64,000 nt of DNA, from contig OX597824.1 of the NCBI GenBank assembly GCA_951406725.2, positions 38,750,001 to 38,814,000 on the forward strand, read 5' to 3'. The DNA comes from Octopus vulgaris (lineage: Eukaryota). Both the position numbers and the translations under genes were made by a program. Under the pieces are notes generated by a model that was not told the DNA's origin, did not search any database, and saw only the letters and a list, made by a program, of their open reading frames with translations. Below, one piece after another: positions 43,261 to 58,129 of the stretch (positions within the stretch are counted from its first letter, which is position 1; each line of letters starts with the position of its first letter).

Positions 43261-44244
43261 TCTATTATATAAAATAAAATCCGTTCGGTCTGTGTGTGTG
43301 TGTGTGTGTGTGTGTGTCTTCTAGGATCTCGGGCACCTTACATCCGATTGCGCTCAGATTTGATACATAGATACTGACGGTATCAGGGCGTGTATAAGTC
43401 TTGAGAAAATTACAAAAATCAATTCCAGGTGAGAATACGATTGATAAAGCCGTGGGAACGTGCATTTGTATGCGCAAGTACATCAGCTGTTGCGATCGAT
43501 ACTACGCGTACGCAAGAAAAATGCAAGTGCAGTTTGCGCAAAAAAGCCGGCTGGCTTGAAATAATGCCACAAAATGCAGTATAGTTAAGAGACCAAAAAA
43601 GTAAGATGAAAAAGAGATATTTTCTTCAAACTTGGCAAGAAGGAAGGAAATACTATTTGGTTCCTCAGGAAGTTTTTTTATTGAAATAAAGGCATGCTTA
43701 ATTATTTTTTAATGAAAAGAAAACACTGATTGCTTTTTATTCAGCAGATATGAGTCAGCACCGTCCATTGGACGGGGAGCCTTTTGTGCGTATATATATA
43801 TATATATATATATTCTTGCTCAGACGGAAGGTATGATCCCACCCAACCGAGACTGCTAGATTACATTTTTCCCAATGAGATATGAGTTTTTTTCAGTGCC
43901 TATAAACTCGTGTCTGTTACAATGTATGTTTTTCTCTCTTGTTTTTTTCTACCAGTATATATTTGTACTTGTGACTCTGTATGTGTGTGTATGCGTACAT
44001 GTGTGTGTGTATGCGCGCATGTGTGTGTATGCGCGGATGTGTGTGTGCTTGAGAGTGTGTGTGTGTGTGTGTGTGTGTGTTTGTGTTAGTGAGCTGAGAG
44101 AGAGGAGCTCATACGAAAAAAAAAAAAAGAACTGATTAAACTGAAGTATCTTTTGTATGCACGAGTCGTTGTACATGCATATTTATGAAAGAGATATAAG
44201 TGTGGAAAATGAGAAAAGCTCAGACAAACCTGTATATATATTCT

Positions 44245-44452
44245 CTTTTTACTCTCTTTTAATTGTTTCAGTCATTTTGACTGCGGCCATGCTGGAGCAC
44301 CGCATTTAGTCGAGCAAATCGACCCCGGGACTTATTCTTTGTAAGCTTAGTACTTATTCTATCGGTCTCTTTCGCCGAACCGTTAAGTGACGGGGACGTA
44401 AACACACCAGCATCGGTTGTCAAGCAATGCTAGGGGGACAAACACAGACACA

Positions 44453-44522
<70 letters not shown>

Positions 44523-44695
44523 CATATATACGACAGGCTTCTTTCAGTTTCCGTCTACCAAATTCACTCACAAGGCATTGGTCGGCCAGGGGCTATAGCA
44601 GAAGACACTTGCCCAAGATGCCACGCTGTGGGACTGAACCCGGAACCATGTGGTTGGTTAGCAAGCTACTTACCACACAGCCACTCCTGCGCCTA
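44245..44695 (-). mobile_element. SINE family C (tRNA head, CORE-like TTGGGCAAGTGTCTTC, internal microsatellite, tail), best-preserved copy
   Basis: Head AGGCGCAGGAGTGGCTGTGTGGTAAG...GGTTCAGTCCC, internal (TA)n(TG)n, tail ...CCAGCATGGCCGCAGTCAAA. Confidence 0.85.
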
Positions 44696-45444
44696 TATAT
44701 GGAAGGGGAAGCATAATGATTAATATGCAGTTTAGTGGTGTAAAAAAAAATAAACGTGTAAGTAAATGGACCTGAAGGGATGAGAGTGATGTCTCATAAT
44801 TTCAGACGAAAGACATACAAAAAAAAATTTTTTTTTAATTGGTAAAATCCTTTAATTTTATGTCGTGTCTACTTGCATTAATTTGTACAGTATCTTCTGA
44901 TGACTTCGTAAGCATTTCAGAAATACCAGTTGATGTACACCATTTCAATGTACTATACTCATTACAAAATAATTTCATTTTACAAAAAAATACATACACG
45001 TTCTATATGCTGGTTATATTAAATACATTCTTTACTTGAATTTGTCGGATGTCACTATTGTCATTCTAGTTAACTCACTTTCATTTCATTTAACCCCTAA
45101 ACCGCATGTCAAAATTAAACTATATTTGGGTATGTGTATAAAGGTGTGCGTGCATGTATGAAACTAATATTGTGTGAAGAACTCTTTAGTTGTTACTGTC
45201 CTTTTTGAGCGATCACTGATCTAAGATATTTTGGCCATGACCAACCTGCCATGTTTTCGAATACAGATTATTTATGAACACATTATTCAATGAACTCATA
45301 ATTCCTGAAAACAGCCGGGAAATTAGGTTGTTATTTCTACCATGCCGAGCAACCACATTGACAAACGCTTTAGGAGCAGATAATTATGTTGATCGAAAAA
45401 CCATCGAATGGCGAAGACCCACCGCCACACTTAGCTTAGTATTG

Positions 45445-46090
45445 GTTTGAAAGTTTTGCACAAGACCAGCAATTTTGAGGAAGAAGCCAAGTCCATTAAC
45501 TGGTACTTCCTTCATTGACCCCAGGAAGGATGAAAAGCAAAGTCGACGTTGGCGGTATTTGAACTCAGAACGTAAAGATGGACGAAATGCATTTTGCCGG
45601 GCGTGCTAACGATCCTGTTAGATAACCGCCTTTAGTAAGCTTAATATCATTTATATATATAAGGGCAATGGGTTTGTAGAATCGTTAGCACGTCGGAAGA
45701 TGCCCTCTCCTGGCTCTTTATGATCTGAGACCAAATTACACGAAGGTTAACTTTGCCATTCATTCCTCCGTAGCCGATAAAATAAAATATCAGTCGAGTA
45801 CTGGGGATGATTTGATCGACGAACAATCTCCCTTAAATTTCTGGCTCTGTGCCTGTATTAGAAACGATTATTTATTTGTTATTAACATGGTTGTAAGGCA
45901 GTAAGCCATCAAAACCGTTAGCACGTAGGGCAAAATTCTTATCAGAACTCCATCCGTCTTTACGCTCTGAGTTGAAATTCCGCTAAGGTTGAATCTGCCT
46001 TTCCTCCTTTAAGGGTCGATAGAATAAAGACCAGTCGAGCACTGGAGTCGATTCTATAAAATTGCTGGCGTTGTGCCAAAATTTGAAACA
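45445..46090. mobile_element. Three diverged SINE family A copies (one minus, then two plus)
   Basis: Minus copy at about 45445-45630; plus copies at about 45660-45865 and 45895-46090. Confidence 0.7.
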
Positions 46091-46789
46091 ATTATTAGTA
46101 TGGTTATATTACCGAAGATTGGGTCTTGTGACAATATTAATGTATCAGTTATTTCCTAGGTTCAGGTTTCCTTGTAGCTTTAATGAAGATTTGTAATACC
46201 CCCTCTCCCCGCCATCCGTCTCCCTAAAAAACTTCAAGAGTTTTGTTTTTGTTTTGTCGGAATAAGTAAAATAATGCAAATGAGAAATAGCAATCATTAT
46301 GCAAAAACCTGATTATCAGATTGTGTCTGACCAGTGGGAGGGTATCTACTTGGTCACTTAACTCTTAGCCAGAAATAAGAGCCAAATCTTCCTCAAATGA
46401 TATCTCACTATCTTTAAAACAGAGGTAGATCATGTTAAGTAATTTAGTTTAAAATGAGGTGCATTTGGATAGGCGTGATGGTCATGGTTAGAATGTATAA
46501 AATAATAGGATTGTACGGTCTCAGGAGCGACACAATATAAGCATTGTTAATGAGTGAATCTCTTTGAAGTCATTTCAACTGCTAGAAATAGCAGTCTGTT
46601 CACTTAACATATTTGCAGAGAAAAATGAGAGTATATGATGCGTTATATGATGCATTGAGGCATTAAATGTTGTACGCTAAGATAAACCATGCCTATAAGG
46701 ACAGAATGTTCATTACAAGAATAATTTCAATCACACATCTGTTCTATCAGCGTCTTCTAAAGAATAGCAATAATTATATTGGAATTTAA

Positions 46790-46995
46790 GATGAGCTGGC
46801 AGAATCATTAATACGCTGGGCAGAAATGCTTAGAAGCATTTCGTCCGCCTTTACGTTCTGAATTCAAATTCCGCCGCAGTCGACTTTGCAGTTCATCCTT
46901 TCGAGCTTGATAAAATAATACCAGTTGAGTACTGGGGTCGATGTAATATACTTACCACGACTCTCTGAGACTGCTGACATTGTGCCAAATTTTGA
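46790..46995 (+). mobile_element. SINE family A
   Basis: GAGCTGGCAGAATC...TTCAAATTCCGCC...TCATCCTTTCG. Confidence 0.75.
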
Positions 46996-47639
46996 ATTCA
47001 ATAATTATATTGGAATTTGTATCAAGTTCTGGCAACGAAAGCAGCGTATGGTGGATCTCCGTCGTTCGACAAAAGGGATTCAGATGTTCAATCAACTAAG
47101 TTTCTTGTTCGTGGATAAACGTGTGAATGAGAATTCTACTGACATGCGTACTCTTTCAGCATGTCATAGTGTATGTGGCAAGGCAGTATCTTTTGAATTA
47201 CAGTCACAATTCACTCGACAAGCTTCTATACAGTTTCTGTCTACAGAATTTCACTCATTAGGTATGGGGCTTCTCGGATCTATAGAAAACCATATCTGCC
47301 TAAGATTATACGCATGAGATTGAACCCGTGGCTTCGTAGTTGGGAAGTAAACTTCTTAACCATTCAGCCATACTGCGCCAATGAAGGGAATATAATACGT
47401 CAATCAAAGTAACGTATATAACTCTATTGCTGATTCAGCAGTCAAAACAACCTATAATTAAGATATAAGTTAATTAATTATATAAACATGAAAGTACCTC
47501 TGAGAGAAATTTGATAAAGCAGAATAAAACTAATTTTCAAACCCTGAGAGAACAAATCTGCCAGAACGTTCACTCAAAGTTTAAAGTTAGTGGGCTTTCT
47601 TTTAGGAAAGGGATCAGCAAATAGTCGGCCCCTTCATTG

Positions 47640-47676
<37 letters not shown>

Positions 47677-48138
47677 TTCCGGGCTCCGGAACGATGTACC
47701 AGTTGTCCCACCCCAATTTACAGAGCCCTTATTTTGGTCTGGTAATGGAGATTGTAAGGCTCAACATATTGTTAACGTAATTAAGAGAATGTTACAATGA
47801 AACCCTCTTGATGAGATGGGTATTTTTAGGTGTAAAACAGGAACATACAATAAGGCAGAGGTCCCAGCATTATGTTCACGAGCCAAATCCTTTAAGCATT
47901 TAACCACGCACCATCACATAGGTTTCAATGAGTGATACTTAACTTACATATCATGCACATTTTTGCGTTTTGTTATCGGTATGAAACCGGTCCATGGTTA
48001 AAGACCGCTACTCAATAAGGGTTGTTTGAATGTTCATGAGAATCATCACATACACACCCAGAAAGAGAAATAACATATAACATTATGCATGCTTGTTTAT
48101 TAAATGTATGTGTGTGTATTAATATTTATAATGTATTA

Positions 48139-48651
48139 TCTATATATATAAAACTGTAGTTGTGTGAGTGTCTGTCCCCTTCGATTTAGATTCCTAACTA
48201 CTCCCACATTTTGCGGTGTAGTTTAACCAAATTCGGGTATCTTATAGTCGTGATTCATATCAAGCCTGTCTGAGTATTAGCGCGCGTCTACGATGAGTCT
48301 ACGATTTTAAAAATAATTTAACATCATTTTTTATTCCATTTTAATGCATAATTTTTCGTGTGTCGATGGCGGCGGAGTTGGCGTCCATGGTCACACCTGC
48401 ACCTGTTTGCTTCTCCCCCTTCTTCCCTCCCTCGTGAAGCTGTGGGGAAGGGAGTGTAAGGAAATCAACGTCGCAAAGCGTTGTCAAGGAGACCAGCGTT
48501 CTTTTAGAACAACGACTTCATGGCTTGAAGACACCAAAACAGAAATGGCTAAGAAAGCCCGAATTGGCATCTATAAGGGAAGTAACTCTCTAAAAATGCT
48601 TATATAGTTATTTCCCTTACAAACCCGAGCAACGACGGGCGATACTGCTAG
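48139..48651 (+). mobile_element. Non-autonomous Helitron, apparently full length (513 bp)
   Basis: Starts with TC after an A and ends with CTAG before a T. Subterminal hairpin CCCG-AGCAACGA-CGGG at 48624-48639. No TSD. The 5' 140 bp are nearly identical to 63860-64000. Confidence 0.85.
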
Positions 48652-48689
48652 TATAATATATAATTGTTCCTATAATATATATTTATAAT

Positions 48690-48848
48690 TCGTCTGTCTT
48701 TACGTTCGGAATTCAAATTCTACCGAGGTCGACTTTGCCTTACATCCTTTCAGGGTGGACAAATTAAGTACCAGTTGCGTACTGGGGTTTGCTCTAATAG
48801 ACTGGCCCCCTCCCCCTAAATTTCGTGCCTTGTGCTTAGAGTAGAATA
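48690..48848 (+). mobile_element. SINE family A, 5'-truncated
   Basis: Central domain plus GCCTTGTGCTTAGAGTAGAA tail. Confidence 0.75.
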
Positions 48849-48935
48849 AAATATATATTTATATGTAAATATACAAATATATATGCATATCTATCTATCT
48901 ATCTATCTATCTGTCTGTCTGTCTGTCTGTCAGTA

Positions 48936-49047
<112 letters not shown>

Positions 49048-49408
49048 TTACACATGCACTTAACACACATCAAAACAAAATGCTTTATATTTGGGCTGGT
49101 ATATAAAAGGTGTCAATGAACCGTGATATCAGGATCAGGAATATTTTTTTCCTTGAAGTCTGTTTCTCATGACTGTATCGCAGTAAGTAAACATCCTTCA
49201 AGGTTCTCTTTGGATAGAAGAAACAAATGGGAACTTGGGGGGATTAACAGTCTTAAATGCACGGTCACGCACGCACACAACCATATGCACACAAAAATGC
49301 GCAGACAATCAGGCACACAGGCACAGACGCATTACATATATTAAATACATATAGATATGCGCACACATATATATTAAAATTAAGTTATATATATATGTAT
49401 ATATATAT

Positions 49409-49544
<136 letters not shown>

Positions 49545-49834
49545 CGAGAGAGAGAGAGAGAGAGATATTCAAACACATAGATATACATACATATATATAA
49601 CGTACATATATATGCACATATATACATATATATGATCTATGCACAGGCACATTTATATATATATATATATGCACTCACATAAATACAAATATATATACAC
49701 GCATATACACACGCACATTTATATATACATGCTCCATCTACTGTTGATACCTCGCTCAGAGATTTTTTATTACTTGTTTCCACTTTTTCGAGATCAGTGA
49801 CTTTTCATCAGTGCAAATATATATATATATTCTA

Positions 49835-50215
49835 GTATTTGTTTTAGTCACTTGAATGCGGCCATGCTGGAGCACCGCATTTTGTCGGATAAACCAACCC
49901 CAGGACTTATTCTTTGTAAGCCTAGTACTTATTCTATCGGTTTCTATTGCTGAACCGCTGAATTATGGGGACATAAACGCACCACCATCGGTTGTCAAGT
50001 GATGGTGGGGGACAAAATCAGACACACACATAAACACACACATATGGCTTTGATAACTTTGGTAGGTTTCGGTCAGTATAGGCCCAGGTCATGTCTAACT
50101 GAATAGCACTACCTATATATTTATGACGGGCTTCTTTCAGTTTCCGTCTTCCTAATCCATTCAGAAGGCTTGGTCGGTCTGAGGCTATAGTAGAAGAAAC
50201 TTGCCCAAAGTACCA
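49835..50215 (-). mobile_element. SINE family C with a ~70-bp non-microsatellite insert in the internal repeat
   Basis: Tail at 49835-50040, insert at about 50045-50112, head part at 50123-50215. Confidence 0.75.
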
Positions 50216-50324
50216 TATATATGTATGTATGTGAATTTATATGTGTCTGTGTGTGTGCGAGCGTGTGTATGTGTCTGTGTGTGTGTGTGTGTATCTGTGT
50301 GTGTATGTGTGTGTGAGAGAGAGA

Positions 50325-50360
<36 letters not shown>

Positions 50361-50459
50361 CTTTTAATAAAATGTTGTAGTTGGAAACAATTGTACCAAA
50401 TTACCGGAGTCTTGTTGCTTATTTTTTATTATATATATATATATATGTATATGTATATA

Positions 50460-50492
<33 letters not shown>

Positions 50493-50511
50493 GCATATAT
50501 ATATATATACG

Positions 50512-50591
<80 letters not shown>

Positions 50592-50956
50592 TATATATAT
50601 ATATATATATTTATATATATGTATATATATATGTGTAAGCCTGTGTGTGTTTCTGTGAGAATGTATTCTTGTAAATGCTTGATCGTGAATACGAATACAG
50701 AAATGTATCGTTGTTGGTGAGTTTACATTTTACATGTGTGTAAATAATTAAATGAATGTATTTAACTTGACAACATAAATTTCAATTGGAATTCAAATCC
50801 ATCAAACAATATTAAATGTATGCATGTGTGTATATTTGTATATAAATATATATATGCATGTGCTTATATATACATGCATATAACTTACGTAAGAAGATAA
50901 TATATGCATATAGGTGCGCATATATACATGCATATATGTATATATGTATAAGTATG

Positions 50957-51000
<44 letters not shown>

Positions 51001-51323
51001 CATGAATATAGATATATACAAAATTATCAAATATATGTGAACATATATTCGAATGTATATACCAGAGGTACATCGGTCGGTTTATACATACAAACGCTCA
51101 CAGATGTAAACAAATGTATGTGTGTGTGTGTGTGTATGTGTGTGGATTTATATATATATATATATATATCTATTACATGTTTATATATATATATATATAG
51201 ATAGATAGATATAGATATATACACACATATATATATATTAGTAAATAAATGTATAAATGTATAGAGAAATATATTGGTATATATTTATATATATTTTCAT
51301 ACTCGTGCATATATACACACACG

Positions 51324-51378
<55 letters not shown>

Positions 51379-51390
51379 TCATGTGTTTAC

Positions 51391-51442
<52 letters not shown>

Positions 51443-51535
51443 TCATTTGTGTACATATATGTATCTATATATATAGACATATACATATATATATGGTATG
51501 TGTGTGTATATGTACATACATGCAAATACATATAT

Positions 51536-51588
<53 letters not shown>

Positions 51589-51928
51589 CACACACATACA
51601 TATTCACATACAAAATCACACAAAAGTTAAAGCGAAAAATAATTAATCTTCATTTAAGAGATCATACTAGAAATTTTGATATGAATACTGTATAAGACGA
51701 TGTCATTAATATAATTGGAAACTATGGTTTAATGCATTCTGTATGTTTTGCTATGTTTTTACCATACATGAAACATTGAAGTACTTCAGAGATATTCATA
51801 TCTTGTTACAAGTACATTGATATCAAAATGTCGTAATTCATAATTTAGACTTGTCGTACATCACTGTACGAAGGAGTGTAAGCCTGTTATGAGGTGTATA
51901 TACGTAGGGATACATACAAATATATATA

Positions 51929-51961
<33 letters not shown>

Positions 51962-52071
51962 TCATATATTCCAATACCTATTTTCTATAGATGTATATAT
52001 ACGTGTATGTATCTATGTGTGTATGTATATACCTATTTATCTCTCTCTCTATCTAACTGTCTACACACACT

Positions 52072-52124
<53 letters not shown>

Positions 52125-52199
52125 ACACACAAACACACATTTATATACACATATATGTCCGTATATGTGTGACTTCCTGTGTACATGTGTGTGTGTATT

Positions 52200-52236
<37 letters not shown>

Positions 52237-52426
52237 GCATAAATTAATACATGTATGTATACATGCATTCACACACATATATATCTCTACACATATGTAC
52301 ATTTGAACGTCAATATATGTACACTTATATATTCATATATATATATACATATACACACACATAACAGTACACGCACACACAGACACCCACATCCACACCC
52401 ACCCACACATATATATATGTGTATAA

Positions 52427-52457
<31 letters not shown>

Positions 52458-53063
52458 TGTATGTATGTATCCATACACGTGTGTACTTGTGTATGTCATT
52501 ATTATGTCATTAGATATATATATATATATATAGAAATGTGTGATTTAGCTCATAAATCGATATCGATTAGCTTAAATTTAATGATGACGCGATGTCGCGA
52601 TGTGTTTAATTCGAAAAACCAGCCAGGTCATAGTTCCACTTATTTCTTGTATTAAGCAGAAGCACAAACAACCTCACACACATGTACTGTTACACATACA
52701 CACACACACATAATTACACCATTACTCCCGCACAGAATTACACTCACACAACACACATACACACCATACACAACACATTACACACAAGGTCAAAAGTATA
52801 CGCACGCACGCACGTATGCATATTTACATACACACACACTATATGTGACTAATCTGTCGGGGAAATAACTCCTTGTGATGTAATTTAATGATATTTCTAA
52901 CACCACTCCACATGGACAATGATGACTGCAAGGTCATTCCCATGAAATATAAAATAAAACAGATTTCAAAAAAAATTTATAATGGCCGGATAATCTTCCT
53001 ATATCTGTAAAAGTATGTGGAAATGGCTCATTTTTGAGCAGATATTGATATTGGGACAATTTC

Positions 53064-53363
53064 TTATAGATTGCGTTGTCTTTAAAATGAAACGTATAAA
53101 TTGCGTTGTCTTTAAAATGAAACGTTTAGATTGCGTTGTCTTTAAAATGAAACTTATAGATTGCGTTGTCTTTAAAATGAAACGTATAGATTGCGTTGTC
53201 TTTAAAATGAAACGTATAGATTGCATTGTCTTTAAAATGAAATTTATAGATTGCGTTGTCTTTAAAATGAAACTTATAGATTGCGTTCTCTTTAAAATGA
53301 AATTTATAGATTGCGTTGTTTTTAAAATGAAACTTATAGATTGCGTTGTCTTTAAAATGAAAC
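53064..53363. repeat. Minisatellite, 10 x 30 bp
   Basis: Unit (T/G)TATAGATTGCGTTGTCTTTAAAATGAAAC with few substitutions and no spacers. Confidence 0.95.
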
Positions 53364-54429
53364 TTTTCTTTGTGTACATCATATCCATTTTTGTCACGCA
53401 GACCAAGTATATGGAAAATGTAACCCCAGACATTGTTGTCCAGCAAACTCTTTAGCATGTTTTTCATTTCAAGGTTAATATAAACAATCGCCACGGAGCT
53501 CTTTATGCTACTGTGGAAATATTCTAAGGAATTAGCGGTAACGATTTTCAGGTGAAAAAATGTTATGTGCGATGTCATATACGTCACACATTTTGGATTT
53601 TCCTTAAGCAATTTATTTTATGTTCCAAGTAAAAATGTTTTTATTCAATACTTGTCTGGGTAGTAAAATTTTATTGTGAGAAACGTATCAATGCAATTTT
53701 TGTAAATGTTAAAGACTTATTGCTTAGATATTTCATAATTTGTGTCTGTACCATGTACGTCACGCGAGAATGGCCCTACATCTCCAAGTTTTATCCAATA
53801 ACAGTCATCGTAAAGTTTAACCTTTTTCATTCTGTTTACGAACGTCATGTTTTCGCTTGGACAAGACGTCTATGTGGTGGCGTGACTTGTTAGATATAGC
53901 AAGCATATCTCGAACAAATCACGTCCCATGTTCGAATTGGAAGATAATGTAATTAAAAGAACGCTATTTACTCATATGAAAAACATAGTATTGAATTTTA
54001 GTTGGCTCAATGAGTGTCTTGTTCAGGCTAAGCAACAACAACAAGCACATAGTATGGCAATTGGCGATCATTTACATTATTAATTGTTTTCTTAATAACC
54101 TTCATAGTCTTGCGCTGTGAATACAACAGACACCCCCAACAGACTGGCAGTTAGATAAACAGATAAATAGTAAGATAAATAAATAAAGAATTCATCAATT
54201 ATAATTTTGTTGAAGTTTCCAAAGATGTTTTAGTTATAATACATGGTGTATGATGCAAAAAATTGTCCAATTAGTAGAAATACCTTGCGATGTTACTTTC
54301 CGTACTGATTACATTCCTATGCACCGATCAATTTTGCTTCTTTCTTTTAGAAGTCGGAACATGACCATACAAAATAATGACCTCACAATAATCGACTAAA
54401 GCTTTTGAAACCTGTGTTCTAGCACAGTT

Positions 54430-54642
54430 AAGGTGCGTGGGTTAGTGATCAGAGTGTCGCACTCATGATTGTAAAATTGTGGTTTCAATTCCTGGACTAG
54501 CGATGCATTTTGTTCTTGAGCAAAGCTCTTCATTTCAGGTCGTCTCAGCTGGCAAAAACGATTAATCCTGCGACAAACCGGTGTCCAATCCAAGGGAGGA
54601 ATATATACGCCACAGAATTCGGGCAATCGGCCTTATGAGTTT
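54430..54642 (+). mobile_element. tRNA-derived SINE, internally deleted; inverted relative at about 55845-56020
   Basis: tRNA-like head and ...GGCCTTATGAGT tail. A reverse-complement tail starts at 55845 and another fragment lies near 20400. Confidence 0.65.
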
Positions 54643-54795
54643 ACAGCTCAGGAAGGGCTTTTGATCTTTTTGTATCCAGCACAGTGAAGTCCAAAGACAC
54701 AATATACATGAAAATAGCACACATATATCTATGTATAAGTACATCAATGTGCACGTGCACACACAAGCGGACACACAAACGCACACTCACTGACA

Positions 54796-54853
<58 letters not shown>

Positions 54854-54889
54854 CATATATACAATGGATTAAAATATATATACTTTTAT

Positions 54890-55139
54890 TCTTTTATCTT
54901 TTTTTAATTGTTTCAATCATTTGACTGCGGTCATGATGGAGCATCGCCTTTAGTCGAACAAATCGATCCCAGGACATAATCTTTATAAGCTTAGTACTTA
55001 TTCTATCGATTTCTCTTTGCCAAACCGCTAAGTTACGGCAACGTAAACACACCAACCTCGGTTGTTAAGCGATGGTGGGGGGGGGGGCAAACACAGACAC
55101 GCAAATACATACATACATAATACATACATACATACATAT

Positions 55140-55190
<51 letters not shown>

Positions 55191-55198
55191 CGTGTGTG

Positions 55199-55245
<47 letters not shown>

Positions 55246-55410
55246 ATGTATGTATACATAGCGGGCTTTCAGTTTCCGTCCACCAAATCCACTCACAAGG
55301 CTTTGGTCGGCCTGAAACTTTAGTAGAAAACACTTGACCAAGGTGCAAAGCAGTGGGACTAAACGGGAACCATGTGGTTGCGAAGCAAGCTTCTTACCAC
55401 ACAGCCACTA
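54890..55410 (-). mobile_element. SINE family C
   Basis: Matches 44245-44695, with an expanded internal microsatellite. Confidence 0.8.
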
Positions 55411-55471
55411 CTTCAATTTTAAATCAAAGCATAGCTTAATGAGACTTTGGATTTAGGAGCTAAGAGGTAAT

Positions 55472-55781
55472 CACCGTGATCACCGTGACCGATCAGGCTA
55501 CCAGATGTTGCTACGCATCGCTGGTCACAATGCGCTTCGCATTGTTTTAGCCTTCAAATGACGCCATCCCGCTGGCTAAGTGAGCAGGCCAACAGAATAA
55601 AGAGTGAGAGAAAGTTGTGGCGAAAGAGTACAGCAGGGATCGCCACCACTCCCTGCCGGAACCTCGTGGAGCTTTAGGTGTTTTCGCTCAATAAACACTC
55701 ACAAGCCCGGTCTGGGGATCGAAACCGCGATCCTACAACTGCGAGTCCGCTTCACTAACCACTGGACCATTGCGCTTCCAC
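55472..55781 (-). mobile_element. SINE family B, full length with 12-bp TSD
   Basis: TSD CTAAGAGGTAAT at 55460-55471 and 55782-55793. Confidence 0.9.
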
Positions 55782-56679
55782 CTAAGAGGTAATACATGCA
55801 TATAATGCAATATATTTTGTCTGTCCGTATTTCCGAGCTGTAGACTCATAAGGCCGGTTGCCCGGACTCTGTGGCATATATACTCTTCCCTTGGACGGGA
55901 CTCCGGTCTGTCGCAGGGTTACTCGTTTTTGGCAGCTGAGAAGACTGGAGTTACCTAAAATGAAGTGTTTTGCTCAAGAACACAACCCATCACCCGGTCC
56001 AGGAATCTAAAGAACAATCTTATTTATTCTATCAGTCTTTTCTGCCGAAATATATAAATGTAATATCCAAGAGTCCACGTGTGGGAACTTAGTAATCTTC
56101 GAGCAGTTTTTATTTAATACTTGTCTGGGTAGTAGATGATATAGAAAAAAACAACTTTCTGGAACAATAACAGTTTATTGGCGAAGAAGGTGGTAAATTT
56201 TTCCCATATCGAAGTTCGATAAACTGCAAAAAGTTATTTTATAGTTCACGGTTAGCAACTAGGGTTGTTATACATGCGAAAAAAAAACCCTATTGAAGGA
56301 ATGGAATAAGTAAAATCCAGGCTATGTATGTTTCCTAGCTAGCAGAACCTCGGGAGTAATAATTACTGAACGAGGGTATTCCACTAGCTACTTACCAGGC
56401 CAAAGATACCTTCAAATTACCTGAGCGTATGTATGTGCATGAGTATGGATATTTACTGTTTGAAGGACATTTATTGTGTGGTGCATAAAAGTAGTCAGAA
56501 ATAAAAGTGCAAGACTGAGGAATTGTACCAGTTGAAAAGCTTATAAAAGTGATTTTATTTCGAGTAGAGTTTGGTAAACAAATTTAGGGAACTTTTGGCT
56601 CTGTAAAACTCTAAATTGCGACTGAATGCGGGCGTAGTTTCAAGTAGATGACACGTCAGTTACAGTTAACTTTCATTTG

Positions 56680-57170
<491 letters not shown>

Positions 57171-58129
57171 TCATTCGTAGATAACATATTAAAGTATGGC
57201 CGACATCATAACCTCAGTAACTATATTAAACCGCGCTATGTAGCTAGTAACAATGTAACCAAATCAGTCATTAATGTAATTGTAAATTTGCTAAGTATAT
57301 CCCTTCGTTCGTAAATGTAAAGTAGAGTATTGTTTACTAAGCAAACGCCTTCATTTTCATTTAGCGAGTGCTATGTACTAAATCCTACATTAGCATATCT
57401 GAAATATCTTTTAAGAGACGTTACGCTGTTCATAAATCAACTTTTATATATTCGAGCAAGTAGAATGCTATGGATGTATTTTACTATGTACGGCAATTAA
57501 AATAATGTCGCGTTAATTTTAATATATTATGACCAGTATTAGTTTATTGTAATAAATACATCCACAAAAACACCATCTACAACATTTACGACGAAATATT
57601 CTCAATCTTATCCAAGGCGACATGAATATTTTAAATAGAAGAAAGTAAGTTAATTAGTGAGTGCTGTCGTGGAAATGATTGTTATTTATATAACAACAAT
57701 AAAACACTCTACGTTGAATAAGATACCGGAAATTTGTCGACAGCCATCTTGTATTCGATAATATAACTATCAGTAATACGTTAGTAAACGAATCAACGAG
57801 TTTTTTCTTCCATAAATTTATTTGTCCAAACTAATGTAAGTAATCATTAAGTTATCATTATCATGGATAGCAGAAGCAGCAGTGCATCAGACAAAATATA
57901 TTGCATTATATGCATTTACTACCTCTCAACTCTTGAACAAATCCCATCAAGCTGTGCTTTGATTTTCATTTTATCAGAGGTATCACTGAACTACTAGCTT
58001 ACATTAAACTGGAAAAATACTATCACAATAGAACATGGCAGTTTAAGTTAGAAACCACATATATTAATATATTCGTACTGTGTGACAAGTATTAACAATT
58101 CTGTTACAAGAATTCTCAAAGCGACGAAA

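Noticed and set aside
53064-53363. CRISPR-like 30-bp repeats
   Set aside because: The units are contiguous with no spacers, there are no cas genes, and the context is eukaryotic.
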